NCBI GenBank assembly: GCA_045545295.1
Contig: JAZQAO010000036.1
Coordinates: 139,029 to 203,028 of the forward strand
DNA: 64,000 nt
Direction: 5' to 3'
Source of the DNA: Clostridia bacterium
GTDB taxonomy: Bacteria; Bacillota; Clostridia; UMGS1883
The first letter of the stretch is position 1. Every line of letters starts with the position of its first letter. Both the position numbers and the translations under genes were made by a program. Below the pieces are notes generated by a model. That model ran no database searches, had not been told where the DNA came from, and saw nothing but the letters and a program-made list of their open reading frames with translations. Positions 63,577 through 64,000 of the stretch are shown here, piece after piece.

Positions 63577-63975
63577 GCAACGTAAACTGAGGTTTTACGT
63601 TGCTTTTTTTCCTTATAGGAATTTGCGTAATTTTATTCGCGTGAAGCTATGTTCGACATTTGCAGGTGCGCGACATGGGTGAAGCGGCACGCTTCTTTTT
63701 TCTGCAAAGGAAATTGAGCAAAGTAATACGCGTGAAATTATGTTCACACTTTGCACGTGCGCGACGTGGGTGAAGCGGCACGCTTCTTTTTTTCTGTAAA
63801 GGAAATTGAGCAAAGTAATACGCGTGAAATTATGTTCACACTTTGCAGGTGCGCGACATGGGTGAAGCGGCACGCTTCTTTTTTACTGCAAAGGAAATTG
63901 AGCAAAGTAACACGCGTGAAATTATGTTCACACTTTACACGTGCGCGACGTGGGTGAAGCGGCACGCTTCTTTTT
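63577..63975 (+). repeat. Tandem array of ~4.3 units of 91-92 bp (D family), each with a GC hairpin plus T-run
   Basis: The core GCGCGAC(A/G)TGGGTGAAGCGGCACGCTTC starts at 63668, 63759, 63851 and 63943. Unit 0 (63577-63667) has a different hairpin, AAGCAACGTAAA...TTTACGTTGCTT. The array ends near 63975. Confidence 0.85.
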
Positions 63976-64000
63976 ATTTGGGGTGACAAAGATTATTGGC

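Noticed and set aside
63577-63975. Possible CRISPR array (regularly spaced GC-rich palindromic repeats).
   Set aside because: The whole 91-92-bp unit is conserved, including the would-be 'spacers'. Unit length is far from the repeat+spacer periodicity of known arrays, and no cas genes are in the window. It is a tandem satellite-like repeat.
63613-63989. ORFs 63613..63873(-), 63744..63989(-) and 63751..63957(+), which encode repeated peptides (e.g. PLHPCRAPA.CEHNFTRITLLNFL).
   Set aside because: They are translations of the tandem DNA repeat in several frames and on both strands. They have no RBS, and their composition is driven by the repeat.
1-64000. Defense, toxin-antitoxin, secretion-system or biosynthetic gene clusters.
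   Set aside because: I recognised no nuclease, ATPase, methyltransferase, RT, Cas, toxin-antitoxin pair, secretion ATPase, PKS/NRPS or RiPP-like genes. Apart from the IS transposase, every substantial ORF reads as a carbohydrate-active enzyme, permease or membrane protein, AraC regulator or unassigned enzyme-like protein.

Overview
The window looks like a low-GC Gram-positive (Clostridia-like) chromosome segment; this rests on AGGAGG-type RBSs, Cu-amine-oxidase-N1 'stalk' domains and a PocR-AraC regulator. It is almost entirely carbohydrate catabolism, split into two parts by a small decay and junction zone.

(1) nt 2-39895, all on the + strand. Five consecutive large secreted proteins are built from LamG-like beta-sandwich modules. 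Two carry heparinase II/III-like lyase domains and one carries a SASA-type O-acetylesterase. They are followed by a run of proteins without signal peptides: GH88, an amidohydrolase, a GH20-like protein, two GH2-like paralogs, GH43, a GH106-like protein, a GH94-like protein, GH95 and an alpha/beta hydrolase. There are also a DMT permease and a YgjV-like membrane protein, then rhaA (frame-disrupted), a ~130-bp uxuA remnant and a uxuB-like SDR.

(2) nt 39.9-42.0 kb. An IS3-family element with no visible target-site duplication, tRNA-Arg(ACG) with a degenerate tandem tRNA-like copy, and intergenic repeats.

(3) nt 42050-63268. A second, mostly minus-strand set of cytoplasmic enzymes: NagB-like, NagA-like, three ceramidase-like paralogs, a FucI-like isomerase, tandem clan GH-A paralogs, several unassigned proteins and two AraC regulators.

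The most unusual non-coding signal is a set of mosaic, hairpin-rich intergenic repeat families, here called A, B, C and D. They sit just downstream of or between genes and are mostly co-oriented with transcription. They include a ~4-unit 91-92-bp tandem array at the window end.

I found no defense, secretion or prophage system. All family calls rest on motif recognition by eye; no searches or computations were run.
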